Of a stretch of DNA of 64,000 nt, positions 18,911 through 29,074 are shown one piece after another. The stretch is taken from the NCBI GenBank assembly GCA_963795085.1, contig CAWCFX010000004.1, positions 64,001-128,000 of the forward strand, read 5' to 3'. Positions within the stretch are counted from its first letter, which is position 1. Each line of letters starts with the position of its first letter. Made by a program: the position numbers and the translations under genes. Origin of the DNA: an uncultured Gemmatimonadales bacterium (lineage in GTDB: Bacteria; Gemmatimonadota; Gemmatimonadetes; Gemmatimonadales; GWC2-71-9). The notes under the pieces are model-generated. The model was not told the DNA's origin. It saw nothing but the letters and a program-made list of their open reading frames with translations, and ran no database searches.

Positions 18911-19498
18911 ATGAACGATCGTTTCGCCCGGGCCGAACGAATCCCCCGGATCGCGGTGGCCGGCGGGCTCGGCCTGGCCCTCATTCTCGGGGTCATCGGG
19001 CTCGGCAACGGCCGGAAACTGGCTGCCCAGTTCTACCTGCGTGACCTTACGGTCTTCAAGGTGATGTTTACGGCCATTCTCACGGCCTTGCTGGGACTCT
19101 TCTGGCTGGGACAGGCGGGACTCCTGGACCTGTCCCGCATTCCGCTGACCCCGACCTACCTGCTGCCCCAACTGGTGGGCGGTCTCCTCTTTGGTGCCGG
19201 ATTCGTCATCGGCGGTTATTGCCCGGGAACCTCCTGTGTTGCCATCGCGAGCGGAAAACTCGATGCGCTGGGCGTATTCGGCGGCATGATGGCCGGCATT
19301 TTCCTGTATGGCGAGATCTACCCCTGGATTCGGGGGTTTGCCGATACCACGCCCATGGGACGAGTGAGTCTCCCCCAAGTGTTCTCGCTGCGTCCCGGTA
19401 TAGTGGTGGGTGTCGTGACCCTGATCGCCCTCGGCGGTTTTGCCCTCGCGACCCGAATCGAGCGGCGCCGGGGCAATCAACTCGTGGGCCCCGAATGA
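18911..19498 (+). CDS. YeeE/YedE (TsuA-like) sulfur/selenium-compound transporter family protein, single repeat
   Basis: KLAAQFYLRDLTVFKVMFTAI and GGLLFGAGFVIGGYCPGT. Confidence 0.85.
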   Translation: MNDRFARAERIPRIAVAGGLGLALILGVIGLGNGRKLAAQFYLRDLTVFKVMFTAILTALLGLFWLGQAGLLDLSRIPLTPTYLLPQLVGGLLFGAGFVIGGYCPGTSCVAIASGKLDALGVFGGMMAGIFLYGEIYPWIRGFADTTPMGRVSLPQVFSLRPGIVVGVVTLIALGGFALATRIERRRGNQLVGPE

Positions 19499-20096
19499 CC
19501 GGCCGGTTCCTGGGCCTGGCCGCGTTGCTCATGGGTGGGGCAGCGGTGCTGATGCCCGACCAACCCGCTGGATCGACGCGCACGGAGCCGGCGCCCGCGG
19601 CCTCTCCCCCTGCGATCCGGCCTGAAGACCTTGCGGTTCGGAAGATGGATGGGGAATCGATGGGTTGATCCTGGTCGACCTGCGGCCGGCGGACGCATAT
19701 GACGCCTATCATATCCCCGGCGCCGTTCAGTCTGTCCCTCGAAACCTTGATGCTAACCTCCGGGATGAAAGCCTCATCGTCCTCTATGACCAGGCAGAAG
19801 AAATCGCCCCCCGGGTCGGGCAGCAGCTCCGAAACCGCGGCCACGTACAAGTACGATTCCTGGCCGGTGGAATGACCGCCTGGAGCGAGGAAGTTCTGCA
19901 TCCCACACTGCCGCCCGGGCTGGACCGGGACGCGGAACGAGTCTTCCTGGATAAGACGGAACGGAGTCGCTACTTCGGTGGTGCACCGGCGGCTGCTCCA
20001 CCAGCACCTGCCGCCAGGCAGTCTGGAGCCTCCAGCCGGCCCGGCACCCCCATACCGGAAGAAGTCACCCCCAGGCCCGGCGGCTGCCTGTACTAG
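19495..20096 (+). pseudogene. Rhodanese-like protein with a frameshift near 19650-19668 (real lesion or sequencing indel)
   Basis: ATG 19495 (ATGA overlap) gives a signal/TM segment plus IRPEDLA...; the rhodanese core LILVDLRP..AY..YHIPGA..LAGG continues in another frame from 19665. Confidence 0.7.
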
Positions 20097-20121
20097 AGGT
20101 GGCATCGCCGGGTGCCGCCGC

Positions 20122-20580
20122 TCAGCGCCGGGGCGACGCCGCGGCGTTATCCATATCCGCCGCGATCAGCCAGCGGCCGTCCGGCCCGAGTTTCAGCGCC
20201 AGCAGGAACTTACCTCCTGGCCCGGATGCACCGGGGTAGGTGTATCCCCCGACGATATATCCCACCGAGTCGGAGACTTCCCAGGCGAAGGCCCGCAGCC
20301 GCAGGTCGCCCGCCGGGCCGGTAACCAGGCCGGCGATTGCCTCCCTCCCCCGGAGCGGAAGCCGGCCATTGTTGAGGGCAAAACCAGTGGGCGTAAACAG
20401 CGCGGCCAGCGCCCCGCCGTCGCCCGCCTTCCAGGCGGTCTCGTAGTCCCGAAGCACCCTCTCCAGGGCGGGGGGAAGGGCAACCGGTTCGAGGCCGAGA
20501 GGATCGGCCGTCTGCGCGGCAGCCGGGAAGGCAGCGATTCCAAGACAGCCGGCAATCAGGAGAACCCGAACCCATCGCAT
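20122..20580 (-). CDS. Secreted NTF2/SnoaL-like (DUF4440) protein
   Basis: Signal peptide; YETAWKAGD..ALAALF, GREAI, GKFLLAL..DGRWLIAAD. Confidence 0.8.
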   Translation of the reverse strand: MRWVRVLLIAGCLGIAAFPAAAQTADPLGLEPVALPPALERVLRDYETAWKAGDGGALAALFTPTGFALNNGRLPLRGREAIAGLVTGPAGDLRLRAFAWEVSDSVGYIVGGYTYPGASGPGGKFLLALKLGPDGRWLIAADMDNAAASPRR

Positions 20581-20736
20581 GAAGACCTCCGGAGGCAGTT
20601 ATAGGCACTGCAGGTTGATCAAGGATTTCGCGCTGGGATCTTCGGTCGCAGAATGTTCTTTCACGGCCATGTGAGGCCGCACTCACTGTTCGGATGTCGG
20701 GGTTGTTCCGGGGAGAGCGTACGGCAGCGCGCTTGG

Positions 20737-21534
20737 TCAGGCCACGTAGGATTTCACCCACTCCTCCAGCTTGGGCAGGTCGAGGAGTGCATCCTTGCAG
20801 GGACCGGCGGGCAGGGTCATGGTCAGCCCGAGGACCGGGATCTTGCCGGCGACATCGTGGAGGCCGCTCACCATGTCGCGTTCGCAGGCCACCGCCACCA
20901 CCGCGCGGGGCCGGCGCTCCCGGATCACCCGCCGGGCCAGTTGCCCCCGGGTGGCCACGAAGACGGGCACATCATAGCGCCCCGCGATCTCCAGCACGCC
21001 GTTCAGAGTCTCCTTTGACAGGCACCGGGGAATGAGCAATAGCAGCTCGCCCTTGCCCACCTTGCGGCCCCGCTCCAGCGCCAGGGCATTATAGACTTTC
21101 ACGGCGGCATTTTCGACCCAGTCCCGCCTGCCGAAGACCTGTGCCAGCCGGGAAGTCAGCCGCATGAGCCGAAGGAAGGGTCCCCGCTCCGCCAGCTTCT
21201 CCGGCAGCAGCGGCCGCCGGAGCGCCCAGCTGACCGTGATGAGGCCCCACCAGAGCCAGGAAAGCCCGGAGAGGATCGCCAGGCTCGTCCACAGCAGCGC
21301 AGGGATGGAAGTATGCAGCAGGGCCAGCCGGGGAGCTAGCAGGTAGGTCAGGGCGGCGAGAATGCCCAGCCCGACCGCCAGACCGCCGGCCGACCACGCC
21401 ATGAACAGCGCCGGGGGCGAGTCGAAGTTGCCCTGGTTGGGCAGCTCATTGCCGTCCCACTCGTCCCACTCGTGGCCGAGGCGGCGGTCAACTTCGATAT
21501 GGATGAGCTGGGCCCGGGGGGCGGGAGTTGCCAT
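20737..21534 (-). CDS. DUF116-family membrane protein
   Basis: Two TM helices, then LLLIPRCL, VATRGQLARR, AVACERD and GPCKD. Confidence 0.8.
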   Translation of the reverse strand: MATPAPRAQLIHIEVDRRLGHEWDEWDGNELPNQGNFDSPPALFMAWSAGGLAVGLGILAALTYLLAPRLALLHTSIPALLWTSLAILSGLSWLWWGLITVSWALRRPLLPEKLAERGPFLRLMRLTSRLAQVFGRRDWVENAAVKVYNALALERGRKVGKGELLLLIPRCLSKETLNGVLEIAGRYDVPVFVATRGQLARRVIRERRPRAVVAVACERDMVSGLHDVAGKIPVLGLTMTLPAGPCKDALLDLPKLEEWVKSYVA

Positions 21535-21619
21535 GGCTGGAAGATAGGCGCGGGGACAGGGGGTGTCACGGTGGGGGTCCAATTCGCTTACAATCCCTGA
21601 TCCCCCACCAGGAAGACTC

Positions 21620-22093
21620 ATGAGCGCTTCACTCTTTATCAGTACCGACGACCTGCTGGAACACTGGCAGGGCCACCGCCGCCTAACCCGGCGCTTCATC
21701 GACATTTACCCCGAGGACAGGATGGCCACCTACGCCATCGGGGGAATGCGCCCCTTTTCCGCCTACGTCCTGGAGTTTCTCGGCATGGGTACTCCAACCC
21801 TCCAGGGATTGGCCACTGGGAACTGGGACACCTCCCGGCGAGAGACCCCGACGACCACCCGGGCGGAGCTGCTCCGCATGTGGGACGAGGAGACCGTAAA
21901 CATCAACCGGCTGTGGCAGGAAGTACCGCCGGAAGCCTTTCAGCGGACCCACGTCGCCTTTGGCCAATGGAAGATGGCCGGCCACGCCCTGGTCATGTAC
22001 GTGATCGACAACGAGATCCATCACCGGGCCCAGGCCTCCGTCTATCTCCGATCGCTGGGGATTGAGCCGCCATTCTTTCCCGACCGAAGCTGA
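21620..22093 (+). CDS. DinB family protein
   Basis: HWQGHRRLTRR and DNEIHHRAQASVYLRSLGIEPP. Confidence 0.88.
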   Translation: MSASLFISTDDLLEHWQGHRRLTRRFIDIYPEDRMATYAIGGMRPFSAYVLEFLGMGTPTLQGLATGNWDTSRRETPTTTRAELLRMWDEETVNINRLWQEVPPEAFQRTHVAFGQWKMAGHALVMYVIDNEIHHRAQASVYLRSLGIEPPFFPDRS

Positions 22094-22281
22094 GAGGGCG
22101 CTACCGCCTCCCCTCTCACCGCCTTGAACATGGGCGCAGACGCCACGACCGCCTCGTTCCGGCCCTGGGCCCGCCGGTCCGGTGCCTCCAGCAGGCTAAG
22201 CTCGGCATCGCACACCTGGGGGATTCGACCACGGCCCCTGGCAGTCCCGGGGTCCGCGCCCAACTCGCTATTTTTCCCGTC

Positions 22282-23886
22282 ATGATCCCCGCCCCCCCGA
22301 TCCGCGGTGAGTATCGCGACGATTCCCGTGCCCGGGCCCTCTACTCCGAGGGTGCCGGGATCTATCGAATCATCCCCCGGGGTGTCGCCTTCCCGGCGGA
22401 CGAAGCGGATGTCGTGGCCCTGGTCCGGTGGGCCGGCGCGCACGGTGTCCCCCTCGTGCCGCGCGGCGCCGGCAGCGCGGTGACCGGGAGTAACGTGGGC
22501 GCCGGCGTCATCGCGGACCTCACCCGCATGGCGCCGAAGATCCTCGAAGTGGACGCGGCCTCGGGCACCGCGCGCACCAGTGCCAACGTGCGGTGGGGAG
22601 AACTGGCCGCCGAGGCGGCATCGTATGGCCTCCGGCTGCCGCCGGACCCCTCCAGCGGACCATTCGCGACTCTGGGCGGCCTGGTCGCGACCAACGCGTC
22701 GGGGGCGATGAGCCTCCGCCACGGCAGCATGCGCCGGTGGGCGCAGGGCCTCACCTGCATCACCGGGACCGGAGAGCGGCTCATGGTTCACCGGTCCACC
22801 CGCACCCGCTTTGACCTGCCCCGCCGGTCGCTCGAGCAGGGCGCGGCCGCCATCCGGGCCCGCTTTCCGAGAACCAGCAAGAACTCCGCGGGGTATGCCC
22901 TCGACGCCTGGCTCGAGTCGGGCGATGCGATCGACCTCCTGGTCGGCTCCGAGGGGACGCTCGCGATCATCACCGAGATCAAGTGGCAACTCGCTCCGAT
23001 CCCCCCCCACCGGGCCGCACTCCACGTGGTACTGGACAGCCTGGACCGGCTGCCGACGGCTGTGGCAACCCTGCTCGGCTTCGAGCCCGTCACCGTCGAG
23101 CTCCTGGACCGCACTTTTCTTGATCTCGTGCTGGCGGGGCGTGGCAGTGAGGTGGTTCCCCCCGGCACCGAGAGCCTGCTGCTCGTCGAGTTCGAGGGGT
23201 CCAGCCTGCCGGAACTCCGGGAAGTCGTCGGCGCGGCGGCCGATGCCCTGGACCGGTTCGCTATCCACACAGACCGCATCACCACTCCGGAGCGGCAGGA
23301 GGCCATCTGGCGGCTGCGCCATGCGGCAAGTCCGATCATCGCCGACCTGCCGGCTGGCCGGCGGTCGCTCCAGGTCATCGAGGACGCCTGCGTTCCGGTC
23401 GCCCGGACCGGTGAGTACATTGAGGCGGTGAGGGCGGCGTCCGAACGGCACCGGGTGCCGGTCATCATCTTTGGCCATGCCGGCGATGGCAACATCCACG
23501 TGAACCTGATCCCGGACACTGAGGCGCCGAACTGGGAACCCCGGGTGATCGCCATGCAGCGAGAGGTCACGGAACGAGTCATCCAGCTGGGAGGTACCAC
23601 GACCGGCGAGCACGGCGATGGCCGGATCCGAAGCGCCGCCCTGGGGCAACTGTACGGGCCGGAGGTCACCGCCCTGTTCCGGGAGGTGAAAGCCGCGTTC
23701 GACCCCCTGGGTATTCTGAATCCGGATACCAAGCGTTTCGATGATCCCGGGGTACCGGTCTCCAACCTGAAAGCCGGAACGGGTGCCCAGCCCATCGCGC
23801 CGGACATCGCCGCCACCCTGCGGCGGATCGAGCGGGAAGGGGACTACTTCCGGGACCGGCTGAGCTTTATCCCTGGTCCGGCGTAG
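22282..23886 (+). CDS. FAD-linked oxidase (GlcD / D-2-hydroxyacid dehydrogenase-like)
   Basis: PRGAGS, PDPSS..ATLGG, GSEGTL, GHAGDGNIH, GEHGDG, FDPLGILNP. Confidence 0.9.
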   Translation: MIPAPPIRGEYRDDSRARALYSEGAGIYRIIPRGVAFPADEADVVALVRWAGAHGVPLVPRGAGSAVTGSNVGAGVIADLTRMAPKILEVDAASGTARTSANVRWGELAAEAASYGLRLPPDPSSGPFATLGGLVATNASGAMSLRHGSMRRWAQGLTCITGTGERLMVHRSTRTRFDLPRRSLEQGAAAIRARFPRTSKNSAGYALDAWLESGDAIDLLVGSEGTLAIITEIKWQLAPIPPHRAALHVVLDSLDRLPTAVATLLGFEPVTVELLDRTFLDLVLAGRGSEVVPPGTESLLLVEFEGSSLPELREVVGAAADALDRFAIHTDRITTPERQEAIWRLRHAASPIIADLPAGRRSLQVIEDACVPVARTGEYIEAVRAASERHRVPVIIFGHAGDGNIHVNLIPDTEAPNWEPRVIAMQREVTERVIQLGGTTTGEHGDGRIRSAALGQLYGPEVTALFREVKAAFDPLGILNPDTKRFDDPGVPVSNLKAGTGAQPIAPDIAATLRRIEREGDYFRDRLSFIPGPA

Positions 23887-23934
23887 AAACCTGTCGCCTG
23901 TCACCTGTCACTTCTTTCATCTCACTTCTCGCAG

Positions 23935-24729
23935 ATGCAGCCCTACCTCGACCTCGTGCGACATGTCCTCAGTTCCGGTACGGCCAAGTCGGACCGGACC
24001 GGGACGGGTACCCTGAGTGTCTTTGGCTACCAGTTGCGCTTCGACCTGGCCGAAGGCTTTCCTCTGGTCACCACCAAGAAGATCCACCTCAAGTCCATCA
24101 TCCACGAGTTGCTCTGGTTCCTGAAGGGTGACACCAACGTGGCCTACCTGCGGGAGCACGGGGTGAGTATCTGGAACGAGTGGGCCGACGCGGCGGGCGA
24201 ACTGGGCCCGGTCTATGGCTACCAGTGGCGGTCCTGGCCGGCGCCGGATGGGCGGCACATCGACCAGATCACCCAGGTCGTCGAGCAGATCCGGGCCAAC
24301 CCGAACTCCCGCCGCCTGGTCGTCAGCGCCTGGAACGTGGCGGACATCCCGAGGATGGCCCTGGCTCCCTGCCACGCCCTCTTCCAGTTCTACGTGAGCG
24401 AGGGCCGCCTCTCCTGCCAGCTCTACCAGCGGAGCGCCGACGTGTTCCTCGGGGTTCCCTTCAACATCGCCTCCTATGCCCTCCTCACCATGATGATGGC
24501 CCAGGTGACCGGCCTTCGAGCCGGGGATTTCATTCTCACCCTCGGCGACGCCCACCTCTATTCCAACCACCTGGACGCGGCCCGCCTTCAACTGGAACGG
24601 GCGCCCCGGCCCCGCCCCGCCATGCGGCTGAGCCCGGCCCCGCAGTCCATCTTCGACTTCCGATACGAGGATTTCCGGCTGGAGAACTACGACCCCTACC
24701 CGGCCATCCCGGCGCCCATCGCGGTATGA
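23935..24729 (+). CDS. thyA: Thymidylate synthase
   Basis: [41 protein letters not shown]. Confidence 0.98.
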   Translation: MQPYLDLVRHVLSSGTAKSDRTGTGTLSVFGYQLRFDLAEGFPLVTTKKIHLKSIIHELLWFLKGDTNVAYLREHGVSIWNEWADAAGELGPVYGYQWRSWPAPDGRHIDQITQVVEQIRANPNSRRLVVSAWNVADIPRMALAPCHALFQFYVSEGRLSCQLYQRSADVFLGVPFNIASYALLTMMMAQVTGLRAGDFILTLGDAHLYSNHLDAARLQLERAPRPRPAMRLSPAPQSIFDFRYEDFRLENYDPYPAIPAPIAV

Positions 24730-25244
24730 TGGTCATCGTGGTTGCCGCGGTGAGCGAGAACGGTATCATCGGCCGGAGCAACGCGCTCCCCTGGCACCTG
24801 CCCGCCGACCTGCGGCGGTTCAAGCAGCTGACCACGGGCCAGACCGTGGTAATGGGGCGCAAGACCTGGGAGTCGATCGGCCAGCCCCTCCCCAACCGCC
24901 GGTCCATCGTCATCTCCCGCACCCCCGGCTTCCGGCCCGAGGGAGCCGAGGTGGTCCCCGACTTTTCCGCCGCCCTTCTGGCCAGCCGGACCGGCGACCT
25001 CTTCGTCATCGGAGGTTCCCGGGTGTTCGAGGCGGCGCTTCCCCTCGCTGACCGGCTGGAACTGACCCGCGTCCACGCCTCGGTCCCCGGCGATGCCCAC
25101 TTCCCGGCGGTGGATCTTTCCGAGTGGAAACTGGTCGCCGAGGCGCGCCATCCGGCCGACGATCGGCACGCCCACCCCTTCTCTTTTCTCACCTACGACC
25201 GCCGCCGCGGCCCCCTCAGTTTCGAAAACGCCGACGCCTTCTGA
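24726..25244 (+). CDS. folA: Dihydrofolate reductase
   Basis: ATGA overlap with thy[41 protein letters not shown]. Confidence 0.95.
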   Translation: MMVIVVAAVSENGIIGRSNALPWHLPADLRRFKQLTTGQTVVMGRKTWESIGQPLPNRRSIVISRTPGFRPEGAEVVPDFSAALLASRTGDLFVIGGSRVFEAALPLADRLELTRVHASVPGDAHFPAVDLSEWKLVAEARHPADDRHAHPFSFLTYDRRRGPLSFENADAF

Positions 25245-25388
25245 AGAATCCCGGACAAAATGTATTGTATTGTGATGGGCTTTTTCTTACTTTAGTTGTG
25301 CCATACGCATCAGACACAGCCGTCCGTTCCGGATTCACCGCTGTTCGTTCCGCCTCGCGCTGAGAGGCGACTCGTCTCAGAGGACCGT

Positions 25389-26489
25389 TTGGGTATCCGA
25401 ATAGGACTTGCCTACAACCTCAAACCCAACGCCCCAGCCGAGACCGGGGTGAGATTTGAGGCTCCCTCCTCGCCCGAGCCTTCCTACCGTTCCCTTCGCT
25501 ACGACCTCGAACAGCCCGACCTGTACGCGGAGTGGGATGAGCCCGCGACGATCGATGCGGTGGAACGTGCGCTCCGGCCATTGGGACAGATTATCCGGCT
25601 CGAAGCCGACAAGACCTTCCCCATGAAGCTCACCCGGACCCGGCCCGACTTCGTCTTCAACATCGCGGAGGGTCTCAAGGGGGTGAACCGGGAAGGACAC
25701 GTCCCGGCCATCTGCGAGTTCCTCGACATCCCGTACCTCGGGTCGGACCCGCTCACCCTGGGTCTCGCCCTGCACAAGGGACGGGCCAAGGAGGTCATGC
25801 AGCACCGGGGGGTGCCGACGGCGCCTTTCAAGATGCTGCACAACCGGGGCGATGCCCGGACCTGCGACCTGCCCTTCCCGGTATTCATCAAGCCGGCCTT
25901 TGAGGGCTCCGGCAAGGGCGTCAGCGTCAAGAGTCTCTGCCATACCCGGAAGGAGTTGCTCAAGCACACCGAGTACCTCCTGGCGACCTATCATGAGCCC
26001 GTCCTGGCGGAGACCTATCTCCCCGGGGCCGAGTTCACGGTCGCCATCATGGGCAACGGAGACGGCGCCCGCTGCCTCCCCATCGTCGGCATGCGCTTCG
26101 ATGAGCTGCCGGAAGGGGCGCCGCCAATCTACGGGTACGAGGCCAAGTGGATCTGGGACAGCGTCGAGGAGCCGCTCCAGATGTTCGAGTGCCCCGCCCG
26201 CATTACGCGCAAGCAGGCCCAGGCGGTCCGGGCCGCGGCGCTGGGCGCCTACCGGGCGCTGGATTGCCGCGACTGGAGCCGGATCGACGTCCGCTGTGAC
26301 GCCGACGGCCGTCCTAACGTGGTGGAGATCAATCCCCTCCCCGGGATCCTCCCCGACCCGCGCGACAACTCCTGCTTCCCCAAGGCCGCCCGGGCCGCCG
26401 GGATGTCCTATGACGAGCTGATCCGCACTGCGGCGGACATCGCCTGGCAGCGGATCAGCGGCCGTGCCCTGCTGGCGGAGGTCGCCTGA
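25389..26489 (+). CDS. D-Ala-D-Ala ligase-like ATP-grasp protein 1
   Basis: Probable TTG start after GAGGA; VFNIAEG, IPYLGSD, IKPAFEGSGKG, SRIDVR, EINPLPG. Confidence 0.88.
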   Translation: MGIRIGLAYNLKPNAPAETGVRFEAPSSPEPSYRSLRYDLEQPDLYAEWDEPATIDAVERALRPLGQIIRLEADKTFPMKLTRTRPDFVFNIAEGLKGVNREGHVPAICEFLDIPYLGSDPLTLGLALHKGRAKEVMQHRGVPTAPFKMLHNRGDARTCDLPFPVFIKPAFEGSGKGVSVKSLCHTRKELLKHTEYLLATYHEPVLAETYLPGAEFTVAIMGNGDGARCLPIVGMRFDELPEGAPPIYGYEAKWIWDSVEEPLQMFECPARITRKQAQAVRAAALGAYRALDCRDWSRIDVRCDADGRPNVVEINPLPGILPDPRDNSCFPKAARAAGMSYDELIRTAADIAWQRISGRALLAEVA

Positions 26490-27493
26490 TGAAGGTGGCG
26501 ATCCTGTTCGATCCGGGCGGAGCGCATTGGGACCAGAAGGACATCCTCGCCGCGGTGGAAGGGACCAAGATCATCCAGTCCCACCTCCGCGAGGCCGGCT
26601 ACGAGGTGACCATCGTCCCTATCCGGCCTAACGACTGGCGCTACATCAACAAGATCCGCCAGGCCGACGTGGTCTTCAACCTCTGCGAAGGGCTGGACGG
26701 CCATTCCCGGTATGAGGACTGGATCGTCTCGACCCTGGAGCTTACCGGCACCCCCTATACCGGATGCCGGCCCTGGGCCACCGCCATCTGCCACCGGAAG
26801 CACGTGGCCAACACGGTCCTCTCGGCCGCCGGCATCCCGGTGCCCAAGTTCGCGGTGGCCCACCGCAACAAGGTGCCTACCGCACTGGAACTGCCGGTCA
26901 TCGTGAAGCCGGCCGCCGAGGACGCCAGCCTGGGCATCGACAGCGGGGCCGTCTGCACCAGCCGGAAGAGCCTCAAGCGGCGGATCGCCCTGATGGCCGA
27001 GCAGTGGGAGAGCGTCCTGGTCCAGGAGTACGTCGCCGGCCGCGAGTTCAACGTCGGGTTCATCGGCAAGACCGTGCTTCCCATCTCCGAAATCACCTTC
27101 GACAACATGCCGGAGGGGAGCTGGCCGATCCTCACCTACAGCGGCAAGTGGGACGAGGGGAGTCCCGAAGACCTGGGATCCATCCCCCAGTGCCCGGCCC
27201 AGATCCCCGTGGAACTGGCCCGCAAGCTGGAGAAAGTCGGCCGGGACGCCTGGGAACTCATGGCCGAGTCCGAAGGGTACGGGCGGGTGGACCTTCGGGT
27301 GGACACCTCCGGGCAGCCCTTTGTCCTCGAGGTGAACCCCAACCCCGACCTCTCCCAGGAGGCTGGCCTGGCCCGGATGGCACGCGCCTACGGCTGGAGC
27401 TACAGCGAGTTGCTGCAGCAGGTGATCCGGGAGACGCTGGAGCGCGCCGCCGCACGCAAGGCGGGGCAGGCGCTGGTGGGAGTCACGGCGTGA
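26489..27493 (+). CDS. D-Ala-D-Ala ligase-like ATP-grasp protein 2
   Basis: VFNLCEG, PYTGC, VKPAAEDASLGI, GRVDLR, LEVNPNPDLS; start overlaps the upstream stop. Confidence 0.88.
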   Translation: MKVAILFDPGGAHWDQKDILAAVEGTKIIQSHLREAGYEVTIVPIRPNDWRYINKIRQADVVFNLCEGLDGHSRYEDWIVSTLELTGTPYTGCRPWATAICHRKHVANTVLSAAGIPVPKFAVAHRNKVPTALELPVIVKPAAEDASLGIDSGAVCTSRKSLKRRIALMAEQWESVLVQEYVAGREFNVGFIGKTVLPISEITFDNMPEGSWPILTYSGKWDEGSPEDLGSIPQCPAQIPVELARKLEKVGRDAWELMAESEGYGRVDLRVDTSGQPFVLEVNPNPDLSQEAGLARMARAYGWSYSELLQQVIRETLERAAARKAGQALVGVTA

Positions 27494-27978
27494 CGCTGGT
27501 ATCGGCGGCGGCGGAGCTTCGTCCGGTCACCGCCGCCGACCGGCCCGCGCTGGAGGCCCTGCTCCGGGCCAACACCATCTTCGCTGGCCACGAAATCACC
27601 GTAGCCCTCGAAGTATTTGATGCCACGCTCGTCCCGGGGCAGGTGGACTATGAGTCCCTGGCCGCCGATCTCGATGGTCGGCTGGCCGGCTGGATCTGCT
27701 GGGGTCCCACGCCCTGCACCGAAGGCACTTTCGACATGTACTGGATCGCCGTGGATCCCTCGGCCCACGGCGCCGGGATCGGCTCCCTGATGGCGAGCGC
27801 AATGGAGCGCCGACTCCTGGGGCGGGCCCGCCTGGTGGTCGTAGAGACCGGCGGCCGGCCGGCCTATGACGCCACCCGGGCCTTCTACCTTGCGCGCGGG
27901 TATCGGGAGGCCGCTCGGATCCCCGATTTCTATGCGTTGGGCGATGACCAGGTGATCTTCACCAAGCGCCTGGGGTAA
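27490..27978 (+). CDS. GNAT N-acetyltransferase
   Basis: GTGA overlap; YWIAVDP..HGAGIGS and TRAFY..RGY. Confidence 0.85.
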   Translation: MTLVSAAAELRPVTAADRPALEALLRANTIFAGHEITVALEVFDATLVPGQVDYESLAADLDGRLAGWICWGPTPCTEGTFDMYWIAVDPSAHGAGIGSLMASAMERRLLGRARLVVVETGGRPAYDATRAFYLARGYREAARIPDFYALGDDQVIFTKRLG

Positions 27979-28000
27979 CCGCTGAATCTTCCCGTGTAAC

Positions 28001-28033
28001 CGCCCGGTCCCAACCGACCGGGCGATTTTTTTT
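28001..28033 (+). terminator. Rho-independent terminator
   Basis: CGCCCGGTC-loop-GACCGGGCG followed by an A and 8 T. Confidence 0.85.
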
Positions 28034-28105
28034 CGAGTAGATTGGGCTTGTGGTGCGCTCCGCGAAAAGCCTTGGAGTTCGCCGGATCAAGACCTGGAGG
28101 TTGCG

Positions 28106-29074
28106 GTGAAAGCGATCCGAATCAGCACGCACGGGGGCCCGGAATCACTGCGGCTGGAGCAGCTGCCCGATCCCCGGCCCGGGGCCGGTGAAGTCCTGGT
28201 CCGGATGGAGGCGGCAGGCGTGAACTTCATCGAGATCTACCAGCGGAAGGGCCAATATCCGATGACCCTGCCGTACACGCCGGGGACGGAAGGAGCCGGG
28301 ACGGTCACGGCGCTGGGCACCGGGGTCGATTCCCTGAAGGTCGGTGACCGGGTAGCCTCCCAGGCGTTCCGCGGATCCTACGCCGAGCTGGCCGTGGCCC
28401 CGGCCGACAAAGTGGTCGCCATCCCGGACGGCATCGATACCCGCTCCGCCGCCGCCGTCATGCTCCAGGGCCTCACCGCCCACTACCTCGCCACCTCCAC
28501 GTTCAAGCTGTCCTCCGGGGTCTGGTGCCTGGTGCATGCCGCCGCCGGCGGTGTCGGGCTCCTGCTCTGCCAGCTCGCCCGGGAAAAGGGCGCCTGGGCC
28601 ATCGGGACGGTATCGACCGAAGCCAAGGCCCAACTCGCCGAGGCGGCGGGCGCGACCGCCACCATCCGGTACACCGAGCAGGATTTCGTGGCGGAGGTCC
28701 ATCGAATCACCGGCGGCCAGGGCGTCCAGGTCGTCTATGACTCGGTGGGAGCCACGACGTTCGAGGGAAGCCTGGACTGCCTCGCACCACGGGGGTTGCT
28801 GGCCCTCTTCGGCCAGTCAAGTGGGCCGGCTCCGCCGCTCGACCCCCAGGTGCTCAACCGGAAAGGCTCCCTTTTCCTTACCCGTCCCACCCTGGCCCAC
28901 TACGTGGCGACCCGGGAGGAGCTGCTCGAACGGGCCGACGAACTGTTCGGCTGGATCGCAGCGGGCCGGCTGACAGTGAACATTCATGCCGACTTCCCCC
29001 TGGCCCAGGCGTCCCGGGCCCACCAGGCCCTGGAGTCCCGGGAGACCTCGGGGAAGGTCCTGCTGGTCCCATGA
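28106..29074 (+). CDS. qor: NADPH:quinone oxidoreductase (zeta-crystallin/MDR family)
   Basis: GVNFIE, HAAAGGVG, VYDSVG, KGSLFLTRPTL, GKVLL. Confidence 0.9.
   Translation: MKAIRISTHGGPESLRLEQLPDPRPGAGEVLVRMEAAGVNFIEIYQRKGQYPMTLPYTPGTEGAGTVTALGTGVDSLKVGDRVASQAFRGSYAELAVAPADKVVAIPDGIDTRSAAAVMLQGLTAHYLATSTFKLSSGVWCLVHAAAGGVGLLLCQLAREKGAWAIGTVSTEAKAQLAEAAGATATIRYTEQDFVAEVHRITGGQGVQVVYDSVGATTFEGSLDCLAPRGLLALFGQSSGPAPPLDPQVLNRKGSLFLTRPTLAHYVATREELLERADELFGWIAAGRLTVNIHADFPLAQASRAHQALESRETSGKVLLVP

Noticed and set aside
19666..19668. TGA in the rhodanese gene as a second selenocysteine codon
   Set aside because: The conserved rhodanese sequence continues in a different frame, so this is a frameshift and not readthrough.
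22131..22262. tRNA-Sec, SRP RNA or 6S RNA
   Set aside because: No UCA anticodon arm or proper T-arm; the SRP-like CAGGGCCGGAACGAGGCGG on the minus strand breaks the conserved stem; the 6S similarity is only a few bases.
25389..27493. Housekeeping ddl or van-type resistance ligases
   Set aside because: The N-termini lack the GGxSxEH motif of Ddl, and no mur/fts or vanHX genes are nearby.
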